Assembly (NCBI GenBank): GCA_038087875.1
Contig: CM075989.1
Coordinates: 7,938,001 to 8,002,000, forward strand
Reading direction: 5' to 3'
From: Malacoraja senta
Lineage: Eukaryota
DNA: 64,000 bases
Part shown: in pieces, positions 51,096 through 64,000 of the stretch
Numbering within the stretch: position 1 is the first letter of the stretch
Layout of the letters: each line of letters begins with the position of its first letter
Made by a program: the position numbers and the translations under genes
Notes under the pieces: generated by a model
Seen by the model: only the letters and a program-made list of their open reading frames with translations
Told to the model about the DNA's origin: nothing
Database searches by the model: none

Positions 51096-51360
51096 CCCAC
51101 TCATCACTCACTCATGCTGTGTATTCCAGATTTCAACCTCCATCTGTGTGGTAACATTCTCCACATTCATTGCCCCTAAAATAAATCTTTTCTCTTACCG
51201 CAGACCTTGAGCTCTAGTTTTAGAAACTTTTATCATGTGGAAATGTCTCTTGTTTCTATAACGCTCATATATTCCTCTATCCCAAACTTTTCTCTATTGT
51301 AAGTTCTGTTCTCGACACACAATAGACAATAGGTGCAGGAGTTCAATGTGATCATGGCTG

Positions 51361-51560
51361 NNNNNNNNNNNNNNNNNNNNNNNNNNNNNNNNNNNNNNNN
51401 NNNNNNNNNNNNNNNNNNNNNNNNNNNNNNNNNNNNNNNNNNNNNNNNNNNNNNNNNNNNNNNNNNNNNNNNNNNNNNNNNNNNNNNNNNNNNNNNNNNN
51501 NNNNNNNNNNNNNNNNNNNNNNNNNNNNNNNNNNNNNNNNNNNNNNNNNNNNNNNNNNNN
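51361..51560. other. assembly gap (200 N)
   Basis: Run of N. Confidence 1.
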
Positions 51561-51959
51561 TAGTTGAGGCTGGGACTATCCCAGGTACATGGATAGGACA
51601 AGTTTGAACCGATATGGACCAAACACAGGCAGGTGGGACTAGTGCAGCTGGGACATGTTGGCCGGTGTGGGCAAGTTGGGCTGAAGGGCCTGTTTCCACT
51701 CTGTATCACTCTATGATTCTATGACCTAAATCTGATGGATTTGTTAAAGGAAGATTCTGTGTGACCATCTTAAATCTTCAGTGAAGTAACAGGGCGTGTT
51801 GGTAAGAGTAATCCAGTTGATGTGTGTACTTGCACTTCAAAATCAAACATCACTTGCCTGAATTCTTAGCAAAACTGATGAGAGATACAGCACAGAAACG
51901 GACTCTTCAGCTCACCAAGGCTTCATCAACCATCAATCAGATGCACTGCCCCTGCATTC

Positions 51960-52485
51960 ATCCCATGGGTGCTTTCTGCGGTTTGTATGTTCGCCCTGTG
52001 ACCACGCTGGTTTTCTCCAGGTGCTCCTGTTTCCTCTCACACTCCAAAGACGTGCAGGTATGTAGGCTAATTGGCTTCGGTAAAATTGTAAATTGCCCCT
52101 AGTGTGTAGGATAGTGCTAATGTACGGGGTGATCGCTGGTTGGCGCGGACTCGACGGGCTGAAGGGCCTGTTTCCATGCTGTATTTCTGTAGTCTAAACT
52201 CTAAAGTAAAGTCCATACGCCTCACAGTGCCAGAGACCCGGGTTTGATCCTGACTACAGATGCTATCAATACGGAGTTTGTACATTCTGTGACCACATGG
52301 GTTTTCTCCAGAAGCTCCAATTTCCTCCCATTTTCCAAAGACGTGCAGGTTTGTATGTTAACTTGTCCCTAGTGTGTAGGATGCGAAAGAGAATTAAGAT
52401 AGACTTGTATACGGGGTGACTGGTGGTCGGCGTGGACTTGGTGGGACGAAGATCCTGTTTCCACGCTGTGCCTCTAAAAGCTAAA
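51960..52485 (+). mobile_element. two tandem tRNA-derived SINEs
   Basis: Two consecutive copies, about 51960-52210 and 52215-52485. Confidence 0.82.
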
Positions 52486-53169
52486 ACAATGTAAATAGGT
52501 CATTGATGGTCAGTGAGATTAAAGTGTGTCATTTAGATTAAAGATACATTGGCAACAGGACTGGCCAAGAGAAACTTCAGTATGCTACTGGATAAACACA
52601 AAGGGAATGCTGGACATTTTCTGTGGAAATGCTTACTCTGTTCCTGTCTCTACACATGCTGTCTAATTCCTAGAGCTTTCAATATTTTCTGTTTTATTTT
52701 ACATTTCCAATGTCAGCAGTATTTTTTTTGTCTCAAGTTGTTGTTTGTAATTGCTTATCAGATTCTGGGAACACAAACAATAGTGTGCCTTTATGGTTGG
52801 CATTAAGATAGCACATTTGATGTATATTGGTGACCAAAGTTTCCAAGCAACGTGAATCTTGAAAGTGAGTTCCAACGGAGGGGGATGGTAAAAGACTTCA
52901 GAAGACGGGTTGGTAAAATGTGCAGACAGTTGAAATGTGAAATTTAACACAGAAAAGCAATGCATTTGGGAATATTGGAAAGAGGTCATTGGAAAGGTAA
53001 TATAACCTAAAACACACTGTTTTAAAAAGGATCGAGAAACGGTGAATTCCAGCAATCAAATGCACAAATCTTTGATAAACTAGTTAATAAAAGCACACTG
53101 GGTCTGAATCTTTCCAGTTACAGGGCTCGAGTATGAGGGTTAATTAATTACAAATCACTGGTTCACATA

Positions 53170-53487
53170 GTCTATGGTCATCTAGCTCACCGTTTGACCT
53201 GTTTTTACAAAATGTTAAATGGCCAGCTCGACATAGATTACATAACCTACACCAAACCCAAACCAATTAGGAGCAGACGAGGGCATTCGGTCCAATTTAA
53301 GATACCAGCTACCAAGACAGCAATTCATTCTTCCTCCACACAATTAAAGCATGAAATAGTCTTGGCCCAACCAGATGCAACTACATTTAAGGTATTTTGG
53401 GCTTAAGTCCTCCCTCCACCACCTCCAGTTTAAATTCCATTTGGAATATTTTGGAGGACCAGGAAACCAAGAAACAAGAAACTAAGA
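53170..53487 (+). mobile_element. LINE 3' end (CR1/L2 group)
   Basis: CFYKMLNGQLDID...RSRRGHS resembles an ORF2 C-terminus; short tandem tail (aaccaaga-like). Confidence 0.65.
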
Positions 53488-54654
53488 ATCTACCTAATTC
53501 CAGGGACCACTCCATTTTGAAGAACGGCAAGGTGATAGAGAGTTTGTGAGATGGTATGAATTACATGGAGAGACTAGGAGACCTGGGACTGCTCTCCTTT
53601 GAACCATGAAGCTAAAGGTAGATTTAATGATAGTGTTCAAAAGCATGACATGTTTTCATCAGATAAAACTCAACATAAATCCAATCAAGCCAAACTCAAG
53701 TACAATAAAGAGGTAGAGCGAGAATGGGTCAGTCTTGGTCAGAAACAACATCAGAAAACTCTGATTTAAGACAATTATCAAATAAATCAGAAGGGTTGGG
53801 TTTAAAAAAAATTGTGATCCCAGGGAATGTTGGAAGCGTATTTAGTTTAACATTGAAAAAGGTCATGTAGTGGTTTGTTACTGACCAGCTGGATGCCAGC
53901 TTTTTGTGTCTATCTTCGTTTTAAACCAGCATTTGCAGTTCCTTCCTACGCAAAACCAATCAGACATGGGTTTGAATCCCATCAGAGCAGCTGAGAGTTG
54001 CTGAATTTAAAATCCAATAATTAATTACATTTGAAACTATCCATATTCTTATAACATAAAAAGAGTCTGTTCGGCCCATTGAGGCTTAGCTAGTTCTCAG
54101 AGCATTGTCATCAGTCCCATTTCCCCAACTTGTAAGTTAGTCCCCTGTAAGTTATTCTCTCTCATGCAGCTCCATTAATAGATTTCCCCCATCCTAATGC
54201 AGCCTGCAGCCAATGCACTGGGAGATAATTTACAATGGCCAACATCCAACATGCCTTTGTGATATGGGGGCAGGAAGGGGGGGACGGGACCGGACCACCC
54301 GGGAAACCCATGTGGTCTCAGGGAGAACATGCAAGCTCCACACAGGCAGCACCAGAGGCCAGCATTGAACCTGTATAGCTTGATCTACATGGTGGCAGCA
54401 CTATCTGGAATGTCGTTGTGTCACCCCAGTAAAGACAAAAATCAGGCCTGTATGTCATTAATGCATAACTCCCTCAGCAGGTCAGGTGGAGTTGGGGAGA
54501 GATACCAAAGCTGGCATTACCAGTGACGTCCCATGCCATGAATGGTTAAGAAGTTGTTACAAAGGAAGCAGGAAAAGCAATGTGCAAAGGGCCATGGGTC
54601 TAATGGGATATCATTTGGCACTTATCTAATATATGAGTGTTCGTAATTTTTTGA

Positions 54655-55245
54655 TTCATAGAATAATACAAAAACAGGCCCTTCTGCCCAACTTGCCCAT
54701 GCCGACCAACATGTCCCACCTACAGTAGTCCCATTTGGTCAACGAGAGTTGTTTTTAAATGTACTATAAAAAATAAAATTGACTTGACTTTACTTGACCT
54801 GTCTGCATTTGGCCCAAATCCCTCTAAACCTATCCTATCTATGTACCTGTCTAAATGTTTCTTGAACGTTGTGATCGTACCTGCCTCAAATACCTGCTCT
54901 GGCAGATCATTCCATACAACCAGCACCCTTTGTGTAAAAAAGTTACCCCTTGGGTTCCTGTTAAACCTCATCAACCGCTCCCTACAGCTCAGGCCCTTGA
55001 GTCCTGGCAGGTTGCCAGTGGCAACATCATCATAAATCTTCTCTGTGCCCATTCCAGCTTGACAACATCTTTCCTGTAACATGGTGCCCAAACCTGAACA
55101 CAATACTCTAAATGTGGCCTGACCAACGCTTTACATAACTGCAACATTACCTCCTAACTTCTATACTCAATACTCCGACTGATGAAGGCCAGTGTGCAAA
55201 AAGCCTTTTGGACCACCCTATCTACCTACGACCCCACTTTAAAGG
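54655..55245 (-). mobile_element. CR1 3' fragment
   Basis: RGNFFTQRV..VWNDLPEQV.EAGTITTFKKHLDRY. Contains a short L2-type tail at about 54738-54797. Confidence 0.85.
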
Positions 55246-55790
55246 ATTCAGATCCCAATGAACTATTGTGACTCTTGCTGAATCATCGTTAAGTTGTCTA
55301 ATGGGTACAAATCTTTCGTACATGGGTGCAAAGCTCTTATGTTTTTATTAAATTCATTTTGTTGGCTTCATCGACTGTGCCAGCATGTAATTGCCCATCC
55401 CGCATTGTCCTTGTGGAGGTGGAGGAGAACCACCTTCTTCAAACGCTGCCAGCTGTCTAATTAGGTGTTTCCAGTGTAGAGTAGATATGTTTTATTCAAC
55501 TGACATTAAATAAATACAACGTTGGACTAATTGGTTGTAAACTTCATGTATTTAACGGCTGTGAATCACCAGAGAGGGCTTTTTTTTCAAGTTTAAAAAA
55601 ATCTAGCTTGGAGACAGGCTCTTCAGCCCACCGAGTCCATGCCAACCATCGGTTCACGTGAGTTTCATATTGTGCTGCTTTCCCTTTGCACAATAGCAAC
55701 AATTTACAGGGTACAGCCCATGACCTCTGCTGTTTTTCAGGGAGGGAATTCCAATTTCCTGTACCCAATATCAAAATGATCGCTTCTGCA

Positions 55791-56110
55791 GTATGGTGGC
55801 GCAACAGTAGAGTTGCTGCCTTACCGAGCCAGAGACCCGGGGTTCGATCCTGACTACGGGTGCTGTCTGCGCGGAGTTTGTACGATCGCCCCGTGACCTG
55901 CGTGGGTTTTCTCCGGGATCTCCAGTTTCCTCCCACACTCCAAAGACGTACAGGTTTGTAGGCTAATTGGCTTCAGTACAATTGTAAATTGTCCCTAGTG
56001 TGTGTAGGATAGTGTTAGTGTGTGGGGATCACTGGTCGGTGCGGTCTTGGTGGGCTGAAGGGCCTGTTTCTCTGTTGTATCTCTCTGTTGTATCTAGACT
56101 AAACTGTATC
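55791..56110 (+). mobile_element. tRNA-derived SINE (HE1/V-SINE-like)
   Basis: Well-preserved A/B-box head (tggcgcaacagtag / gggttcgatcc), core and tail; lies just upstream of the TMED exon. Confidence 0.9.
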
Positions 56111-56167
56111 TCTAAGCTGATCATAGGTGGATGTGTTGATAAAACATAAACCTCTTTATATCTACAG

Positions 56168-56416
56168 GTGATTGCAGGGGGTCACTATGACGTGGATAGC
56201 TTCATTGAAGATCCCACTGGGAACATCACCTACAGAAAGCACAAGATAAGCCATGAATCTTACAATGCCAAAGCTATGATGTCTGGGGTCTACAAGTTCT
56301 GCTTTGGCAACAGGTTCTCCACCTTCACCCACAAGAAGATCTACTTCCAACTGAAGATTGGCGATTTTATTCCAGCTGTCTCCAATAACTCCACCACTGC
56401 TGCTGCTCTTACCCAG
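56168..56416 (+). CDS. p24/TMED (GOLD domain) protein, internal coding exon, TMED3-like
   Basis: tctacAG|...acccag|GTtagt; 249 nt, phase 0/0. Encodes VIAGGHYDVD..EDP.G...GVYKFCFGNRFSTFTHKKIYF...ALTQ, the gamma-p24 (TMED3/TMED7) GOLD-exon signature. Confidence 0.88.
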
Positions 56417-56761
56417 GTTAGTTGGCTATGACAGGGCTTGTGAAAGTCAGGCTGTTTCACCTTCACCCAAGAGGCCAGCACTGTTTTATTTTGTGATGGT
56501 ATGGGATGGCAGCGCCTCTAAATTGTTAAACGTCATTATTTAATTTTACGTTACATTAAAGATACATACTAATACCTTTTTGTTTGCACAGGAAGTACTG
56601 ATGGCTAGACTGGTCAGTTTTTACCCAGGTATTATCAGGCAACTGAACTGTCCTCTCACCAACTAGAGAATGGTCCTGACCTACCATCTACCTCATTGGA
56701 GGCCTTTGAACTGTCTTTAATTGGACTTTACTGAACGTTATCTTGCTCTAAGCATTATTTA

Positions 56762-58368
56762 CAGTGGCTTGCAAAAGTTTTCATACCCCTTGAACTTTTC
56801 CACATTTTGTCACGTTACAACCACAAATGTAAATGTATTTTATTGGGATTTTATGTGATAGACCAACACAAAGTGGTGCATAATTGTGAGGTGGAAGGAA
56901 AATGATACATGGTTTTCAAATTTTTTTACAAATAAAAAACTGAAAAGTGTGGCGTGCAAAAGTATTCAGCCCCCCTGAGTCAATACTTTGTAGAACCACC
57001 TTTCACTGCAATTACAGCTGCAAGTCTTTTGGGGTATGTCTCTACCAGCTTTGCACATCTAGAGACTGACATTTCTGCCCATTCTTCTTTGCAAAATAAC
57101 TCAAGCTCAGTCAGATTGGATGGAGAGCGTCTGTGAACAGCAATTTTCAAGTCTTGCCAGAGAATCTCAATTGGATTTAGGTCTGGACTTTCTGGGCCAT
57201 TCTAACACATGAATATGCTTTGATCTAAACCATTCCATTGTAGCTCTGGTTGTGTGTTTAGGGTCGTTGCCCTGCTGGAAGGTGAACCTCCGCCCCAGTC
57301 TCAAGTCTTTTGCAGACTCTAACAGGTTTTCTTCCAAGATTGCCCAGTATTTGGCTCCATCCATCTTCCCATCAACTCTCACCAGCTTCCCTGTCCCTGA
57401 TGAAGAAAAGCATCCCCACAGCATGATGTTGCCACCACCATGTTTCACAGTGGGGATGGTGTGTTCAGGGTGATGTGCAGTGTTAGTTTTCCGCCACACA
57501 TAGCGTTTTGCATTTAGGCCAAAAACTTCAATTTTGGTCTCATCTGACCAGAGCACCTTCCTCCACATGTTTGCTGTGTCCCCCACATGGCTTGTGGCAA
57601 ACTGCAAACGGGACTTCTTATGGCTTTTTTTCAACAATGGCTTTCTTCTTGCCACTCTTCCATAAAGGCCCGATTTGTGGAGTGCACGACTAATAGTTGT
57701 CCTGTGGACAGATTCTCCCACCTGAGCTGTGGATCTCTGCAGCTCCTCCAGAGTAACCATGGGCCTCTTTGCTGCTTCTCTGATCAATTGCCCGGCCTGT
57801 CAGTTTAGGTGGACAGCCATGTCTTGGTAGGTTTGCAGTTGTGCCATACTCTTTCCATTTTCGGATGATGGATTGAACAGTGCTCCGTGAGATGTTCAAA
57901 GCTTGGGATATTTTTTTATAACCTTACCCTGCTTTAAACTTCTCCACAACTTTATCCCTGACCTGTCTGGTGTGTTCCTTGGGCTTCATGATGCTGTTTG
58001 TTCACTAATGTTCTCTAACAAACCTCTGAGGCCTTCACAGAACAGCTGTATTTATACTGAGATTAGATTACACACAAGTGGACTCTATTTACTAATTAGG
58101 TGACTTCTGAAGGCAATTGGTTGCACTGGATTTTATTTAGGGGTATCAGAGTAAAGGGGGCTGAATACTTTTGCATGCCACACTTTTCAGTTTTTTATTT
58201 GTAAAAAAATTTGAAAACCATGTATCATTTTCTTTCCACTTCACAATTATGCGCCACTTTGTGTTGGTCTATCACATAAAATCCCAATAAAATACATTTA
58301 CATTTCTGGTTGTAATGTGACAAAATGTGGAAAAGTTCAAGGGGTATGAATACTTTTGCAAGCCACTG
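56762..58368 (-). mobile_element. Tc1/mariner DNA transposon, full length, IR/DR type, inactivated transposase
   Basis: TA flanks (56760-61, 58369-70); ~213 bp TIRs (56762-56975 / 58156-58368) starting CAGTGGCTTGCAAAAGT. Transposase runs from ATG 57989 to stop ~56980 with VLWSDETK, TVKHGGG, FQQGNDPKH and (frameshifted) SPDLNPIE. Confidence 0.96.
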
Positions 58369-60819
58369 TATACCCTTTATCCTGCATCTGTACTGTGTGG
58401 ACAGCTTGATTGTCACTTGCCCAACTGATCAAGATCCTGTTGTAATTTTTGATAACCATCTTTGCTCTCTACAATTTAGTTCTATAATGCGTGTCTTTAA
58501 CACTGAGATGACCAAACGCTGTGGTGAAAAGGGGGTCTGAGAGTCCTAGTAAATGGAACACAAGAAGTTAACAAGTCTGGAAAGATGATGGAATATTGCC
58601 TGTCTTGCAAGGGGTGTGGAGGATAAAATGTGGGACATTTTGATGCAACTTTGCAGGGCACTGGTGAGATGCCACGTGAATGACCCTGGGCAGTTTTAGT
58701 CTCCATGTTTAAGGAAGAATGTGTTTGAATTGGGGGTTGAGCAGAGAAGGTTCTCTAGATTGATGTTTAATGAAATGTTGAGCCTCTCCTCATTCGAGTT
58801 TAGAAGATTTTTAGTGAAACCTAACAGATTCTGAGGGGGATTGATGCTGTGAGGCAGCAGCTCTACCAGCTGTGCCACTGTACCATGACCTCTTGGTCTT
58901 ACTTAACCCATCTCCAGCTCTAAACCAGCGATATGGTGAAGATGTTTGTCCCCCGAGGAGGCATCCAGAAATCGGGGCACTGTTTCAGAATAATAAACAT
59001 GGATTGTTTTCTCAGCAATGCCGAAGGCTGAGATGAGAACTGACAGAAGCAGATACAATCATACTATACTATGGCCGATCCAGTTTTAGTTAAATCTCCC
59101 GAGAGATATCGAGATGGTGGACAGTCAGAAACCTTTTCCCATGGCGGAAATGTCAAAGACTGGACTTTAGAATGAGAGGGGCAAAATTTACACAGAGGTT
59201 GGTGGGTGCCCTGCCATGGATGGTGGTGAGGGCAGATGCAACAGAGGCATTTAAGCAGCTCGGAAGTGCAGGGAATGGAGGGATATGGATCATGTGCAGG
59301 CAGATGAGATCAGTGTATCCAGGCATCATGGTCAACACTGTATTGTGGGCCGAAGGGCCTGAACCTGCGCTATGTGTTTTATGATCTAATAAGGGGTTGC
59401 CATTGTAAGATTGAGGTGAGGGGAAATTTTTCGGCCTTGAACCTTTGGAATTCTCTACCACAGAATATTAGGAAGAAGTTTTGTTGATTATATATTAAGC
59501 AGAGACTGACAGATGTTTAACATACAATGGAGTCAAGGAGTATGGGGAGAGTGTGTGGAAGTTGAGTTGAAGTTAAGACTGGATCAGCCAGGATTTTATT
59601 GAATAATAGAATGTGTTTAAAGAGCCACCTGGTCTGCCAAGACTGTGGTACAGGTGCAGGCTCTTGGTCCCTCAATGTCTGTGTGGAACATGATGCTAAA
59701 TTAAACCAATCGATTTTTCTTGCACATGATCCATATCCCTCTATTCCCTGCATATCTATCTGCCTATCTAAAATCCTCTAAACACCAATTTAAAATCTTG
59801 CCCGTGGCTAAAGAGGATGGAAAGATCTTTGTCAAGACCCCAACAATCTCCTCTCTTGTCTCTTTCAATAAGCTGGGATAGATCCTTTATAGATTATGGA
59901 GACATTCACTTTAATGCTCTTCAAGAGATCCAACACCACCTCCTTATATCTCAATATCCCCTAGTAGACCCCACGTTGATCTCACTATCCACATGTCTTC
60001 CTCTATGATAAATACCGATGAAAAGTACTCATTTATCATCTTGCTTACATCCTTTGAATCTAAGCATGAATTTCCTCCTTTATCCTGGAGTTGTCCATGA
60101 TACCTGCCCTGCTAAGTCACTCCAGCACTTTGTGTTTTTTTTGTCCTACCCTCTCCCCAATAACTCTCTTATTTTTAACGTATGTATAAAATGTCTTAAG
60201 ATTCTCTCAGATCCTACTTGTGAAGAATTTTTGATGGCCCTTCCGACCCACATAACTCCCTGCTTGAGCGCTTACCACCAGGTTTCTTTAAATTTATCAA
60301 TTCCATTGATTTCATCTTCCTAACGTATGCTTCAATTTACTATTTGACCACATTTAAAACCTCTTTCCTCATCCACGTTTCTCCCTTACCTTACCATCCT
60401 TGTCTCTCCTCCTTACCTCCTTACTGGAGCATACCAGCCCTGAAATCTGAACATCCGATCTCCAAGTGACTCCAACATATCAGATGTGGACTTACTAAAT
60501 AACACTTACTACCGATTTACACTCCCTACCTCCTCCTTAATAATATTTACCCTTCTCCAATTTGGTACTTTCCCCCAAAGTCCAAACATATCCTTATTCA
60601 TAACTATCTTAAAACATTAAGGAGTTGTTTTATTAAATTTTATAATGGCTGCAAAACTGTGTAGGCCCGTGCATTTGTGGTTGTGCAAAAGAATGTCACT
60701 GTGCTGTCCATACGAGACAATAAAGAACCATTGAACCATAGAATCACTGTTCTCAAAACGCTCCCGCATTGAAACCAGTCACCTGGCCAGACTCATTCTG
60801 GTTTTTTTAGGTTTAAGGT

Positions 60820-61145
60820 TTTTTTCAACTTTGGAGATACAGCATGGAAACAGACCCTTTGGCCCACCAAGTCCACTCCGACCTCTGATCCCCTGTTCTC
60901 ATAACTTCTATGTTATCTCGCTTCCTCATCCACCCACTACACACTGTGGGCAATTTTACAGCAGGCAATTAACCTCCAAACCCACATGTCTTTAGAAAGT
61001 GAGAGAAAACTGCAGCATTTGGAGGAAACCCACGGGGTCACAGGGAGAACATGCAAACTCCATAGAGACAGCATCCGAGGTTAGAATCGAACCCGGGTGT
61101 CTGGTGCTGAGGCAGCAGCTCTACCAGCTGCCCCACTGTGCAGCT
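60820..61145 (-). mobile_element. tRNA-derived SINE
   Basis: Reverse-complement copy of the same family. Confidence 0.82.
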
Positions 61146-61692
61146 CTAATCTCCACTCATTTCCCAATACAAGGTCCAGCGTGGCCCCTTACATAGTTAG
61201 ACTATCCATATGGGTTTAGGTTTAATTTTATTATTCACATTTATCAAGGTACAGAAGAAAACTTTGTTTTGCATGCTATTCAAACAGATCATATACACCC
61301 GTACATACAATCAGTTCAAACTCAAGTACAATAGATAAAGCAAAGGGGATGATACAAAGTGCAGAATATAGTTCTCTGCATTTTAGCACATCAGTTCTGT
61401 AGACAAAGTCCAATGTCCTCAGTGGGGTAGTGGTGAATCGGACAGTACCCTAGCTTATGGAAGGACTGTATAGAAGCCTGTTAACTTCTGAGAAGATCTG
61501 AGTCTCAGATGTCCCTGTTGGATACAAATTCTGCCCTGTCTAAGCTTGGTTGGAATTTATCGTTGGGGAGGGGGGGGGGGGGTGATCCGGTTGGGGTGAT
61601 CGCTGGTCGGCACGGACTCAATGGGCCGAAGGGTCTGTTTCTGTACTGTATCTATAAACTGATCATGATCTTTTTTTTTGCTTCTCCTTCAG

Positions 61693-61935
61693 CTGGAGTA
61701 TTCCTGCATCAAGGTGCACAGTTCTCTGGTAAGGTTAGAAGACTTGCACACAAATTACCATGTACAGTTGCTGGTCGACTGGCTACACGCCGACAGTGTC
61801 AACGCCAGTATCATGTACTGGGCAGCGATCGAGACCATCATCCTTTTCGTGGTTACGATCGGACAGGTGGTAGTCCTGAAGAAGTTCTTCACGGAGAAAA
61901 AGGCCAATGTGAATATGCCCGGCATCAGCACCTAG
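61693..61935 (+). CDS. p24/TMED protein terminal coding exon (coiled coil, TM helix, FF tail), TMED3-like
   Basis: Strong acceptor (ttttgcttctccttcAG), in frame with the previous exon. Encodes LEYSCIKVH...YWAAIETIILFVVTIGQVVVLKKFFTEKK...*, a TM segment plus the p24 FF motif. Confidence 0.88.
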   Translation: MEYSCIKVHSSLVRLEDLHTNYHVQLLVDWLHADSVNASIMYWAAIETIILFVVTIGQVVVLKKFFTEKKANVNMPGIST

Positions 61936-62737
61936 CACCAGAGATCCACTGCCCGTGGCATCCTCACCTCTCGCCTGGGCCATGTTACAGCAAAGTGGTT
62001 ATTATGTTATGATGTACGGTGACAAAAGGGAGATAAACTAGGTCAAGCCAGTCCGGTTAACTAAACATTACAAAGGGAATAATATCTGTTTCTGTGTATC
62101 AGTCAATTACTTGTATTGTCTTATTACATCTGCAAGTCTCCTCAACAACTATCGATGACCCAAATGCTGGAGTAACTCCGCAGGTCAGGCAGCATCTCTG
62201 AAGAAGATTGTCGACCTGAAACGTCACCCATTCCTTCTCTCCAGAGATGCTGCTTGTCCCGCTGAGTTACTGCAGCATTTTGTGTCTATCTCTGGAGAAC
62301 GTGGATAGATGACGTTTCGGGTTGAGACCCTTCCTCAGATGGCCTGCAACATCACCTATCTGATGCTGAGATGCTGCCTGACCTGCTGACTGTCCTCTTG
62401 TGTATTAATCAGCATCTGCAGTTCCTTGTTTCTATGTTTTTATAACTATTGCAACTGTGTATCATTCTGCAAAGCCTCTCGCTATACTGATCAATTGCTC
62501 AGATATGTTATTGTCGCATATGCCAAGGTTTGTGAAAAGCTTTGTTTTGTATATGATCAAACATATCAAATATTCCATGCAATGAGTTCAAACTCAAGTA
62601 CAACATATAGAGCAAAAGGGAAGATCCACAGTGCAGAGTTCAACGTTTCAATGATACGTTATTGTCACATGTACCTAGGTACAGTAAAAAAATTTGCATA
62701 CAATTTAATAATACTTAAGTACACAAGAAAAAAAAAT

Positions 62738-63063
62738 AGCCCTGTCCCACGGTACGAGTTCATTCCAAGAGTTCTCCCGAGTTTGCCCTGATTCTAACTC
62801 GGAGATTTACGGTAAAGGCCGCTCATCGGTACTCAGGCTCTCGTGGACATTTTTCAACATGTTGAAAAATCTTCACGAGTCTTCCCGTGCTTACCTGCCG
62901 TTAGCGAGTCTTCCCGCGTACCTGCCGTTAGTGTAACGAGCCGTAAGAGACGTCCCCGAGCTCCGACGTACCCGCTACGTTCATTCTCCGTGCTTACCAC
63001 GAGTTTGATTTTTTTAAAACTCGGGAGAGCTCTTGGAATGAACTCGTACCGTGGGACAGGGCT
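62738..63063. mobile_element. PIF/Harbinger-type MITE
   Basis: ~47 bp near-perfect TIRs AGCCCTGTCCCACGGTACGAGTTCATTCCAAGAG...; termini related to the 7296 MITE; TTA on the right flank. Confidence 0.8.
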
Positions 63064-63669
63064 TTAAGAAAAACAGATTACACTGAGAGTACACAAGAGT
63101 CGCCATTGGTGGCATTTTGTATTATTAAAGCCCAAAGTTGAAAAAAATATATGAAAAATGTGAAATTTACTGGTAGTGTGTGAATATTTACTGGGGGTCT
63201 GGGGACTGTGTGGACACTTACTGGGATATGGGGAGTGCGAGTATTTACTAATGAGCCCAGAGCGTGTGTGACTATTTACTGGAAAACCCGGGTAGTTTGT
63301 GAACATTTACCAGGGCTTTCCAGGGAACGTTTGTACTCACAATCGGTTTATCTTTACTTGGTGGACAATCACTCCCAGCAATGCGTGCTATTTTTAAAAA
63401 ACTTTGATGAACCTAAATCTCTTGGCAACTGTTTCTTCTCAGTGTGGGTTACTATGAACATTTATCACAAATCAGGTTACTATCTCCAAATATCTGTGAT
63501 TTACCAGTGCCCTCTCCTAATTACTTGTAATGTCTTTTTACATCTGCAAATCCTCTCAACAAATATCAAGGACCCAAATGTTGTAGTAATTCAGCAGGTC
63601 AGGCAGCATCTCTGAAGCAGATTCTCGACCCGAAACGTCACCCATTTATTTTTACTGGTGCCTTCTCCT

Positions 63670-63920
63670 AATTAGACAATAGACAATAGGTGCAGGAGTA
63701 GGCCATTCTGCCCTTTAAGCCAGCACCGCCATTCACTGTGATCATGGCTGATCATCCACACTCAGTACCTCGTTCCTGCCTTTTCCCCATATCCCCGGAC
63801 TCCACTATCTTTAAAGAGCTCTATCCAACTCTCTCTTGAAAGCATACAGAGAATTGGCCTCCACTGCCTTCTGAGGCAGAGAATTCCACAGATTCACAAC
63901 CCTCTGTGTGAAAAAGTTCC
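63670..63920 (-). mobile_element. CR1 3' end
   Basis: (agacaat)n tail plus aggtgcaggagtaggccatt... 3' UTR. Confidence 0.85.
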
Positions 63921-64000
63921 TCCAGCAGTTTTTTTTCTCAATTTCATCAGTTGTAGAGTCATAGTCATACAGTGTGGAAACAGGCTCTTCGGCCCAACTT

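Noticed and set aside
49770..51111. 341-445 aa ORFs rich in CP/VS/RV/GG
   Set aside because: Translations of the stop-free tandem repeat, not genes.
55791..55860. tRNA-like A/B boxes here and in the other SINE heads
   Set aside because: SINE heads continuing into core and LINE tail; no complete cloverleaf.

Overview
Repeat-rich vertebrate DNA with about 40% GC flanks. The repeat content (HE1/V-SINE-like SINEs, CR1, L2, Rex1/Babar, Penelope-like elements) suggests a cartilaginous fish, probably a skate or ray; this is inference. Two host genes are visible. KLHL25 (ENC2; BTB-BACK-Kelch) is a single, very GC-rich coding exon on the minus strand (25292-27115). A divergent TMED3-like p24 gene has two coding exons on the plus strand (56168-56416, 61693-61935); its first coding exon was not found and may lie in the N-gap at 51361-51560. 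A CpG-island promoter followed by a ~0.9 kb (GGACAC)n array lies between the two genes. The most notable observations are: (1) 24-30 bp palindromes with CAAAG...CTTTG ends and 8-bp target duplications that look like P-element-type excision footprints; (2) many short Penelope-derived repeats carrying a minimal hammerhead-ribozyme motif; (3) a ~900 bp AT-flanked DNA element built from two inverted, decayed THAP-domain copies; (4) a full-length but inactivated IR/DR Tc1 element; (5) an internally deleted Gypsy LTR element. Family assignments come from motif recognition only; no searches were run.
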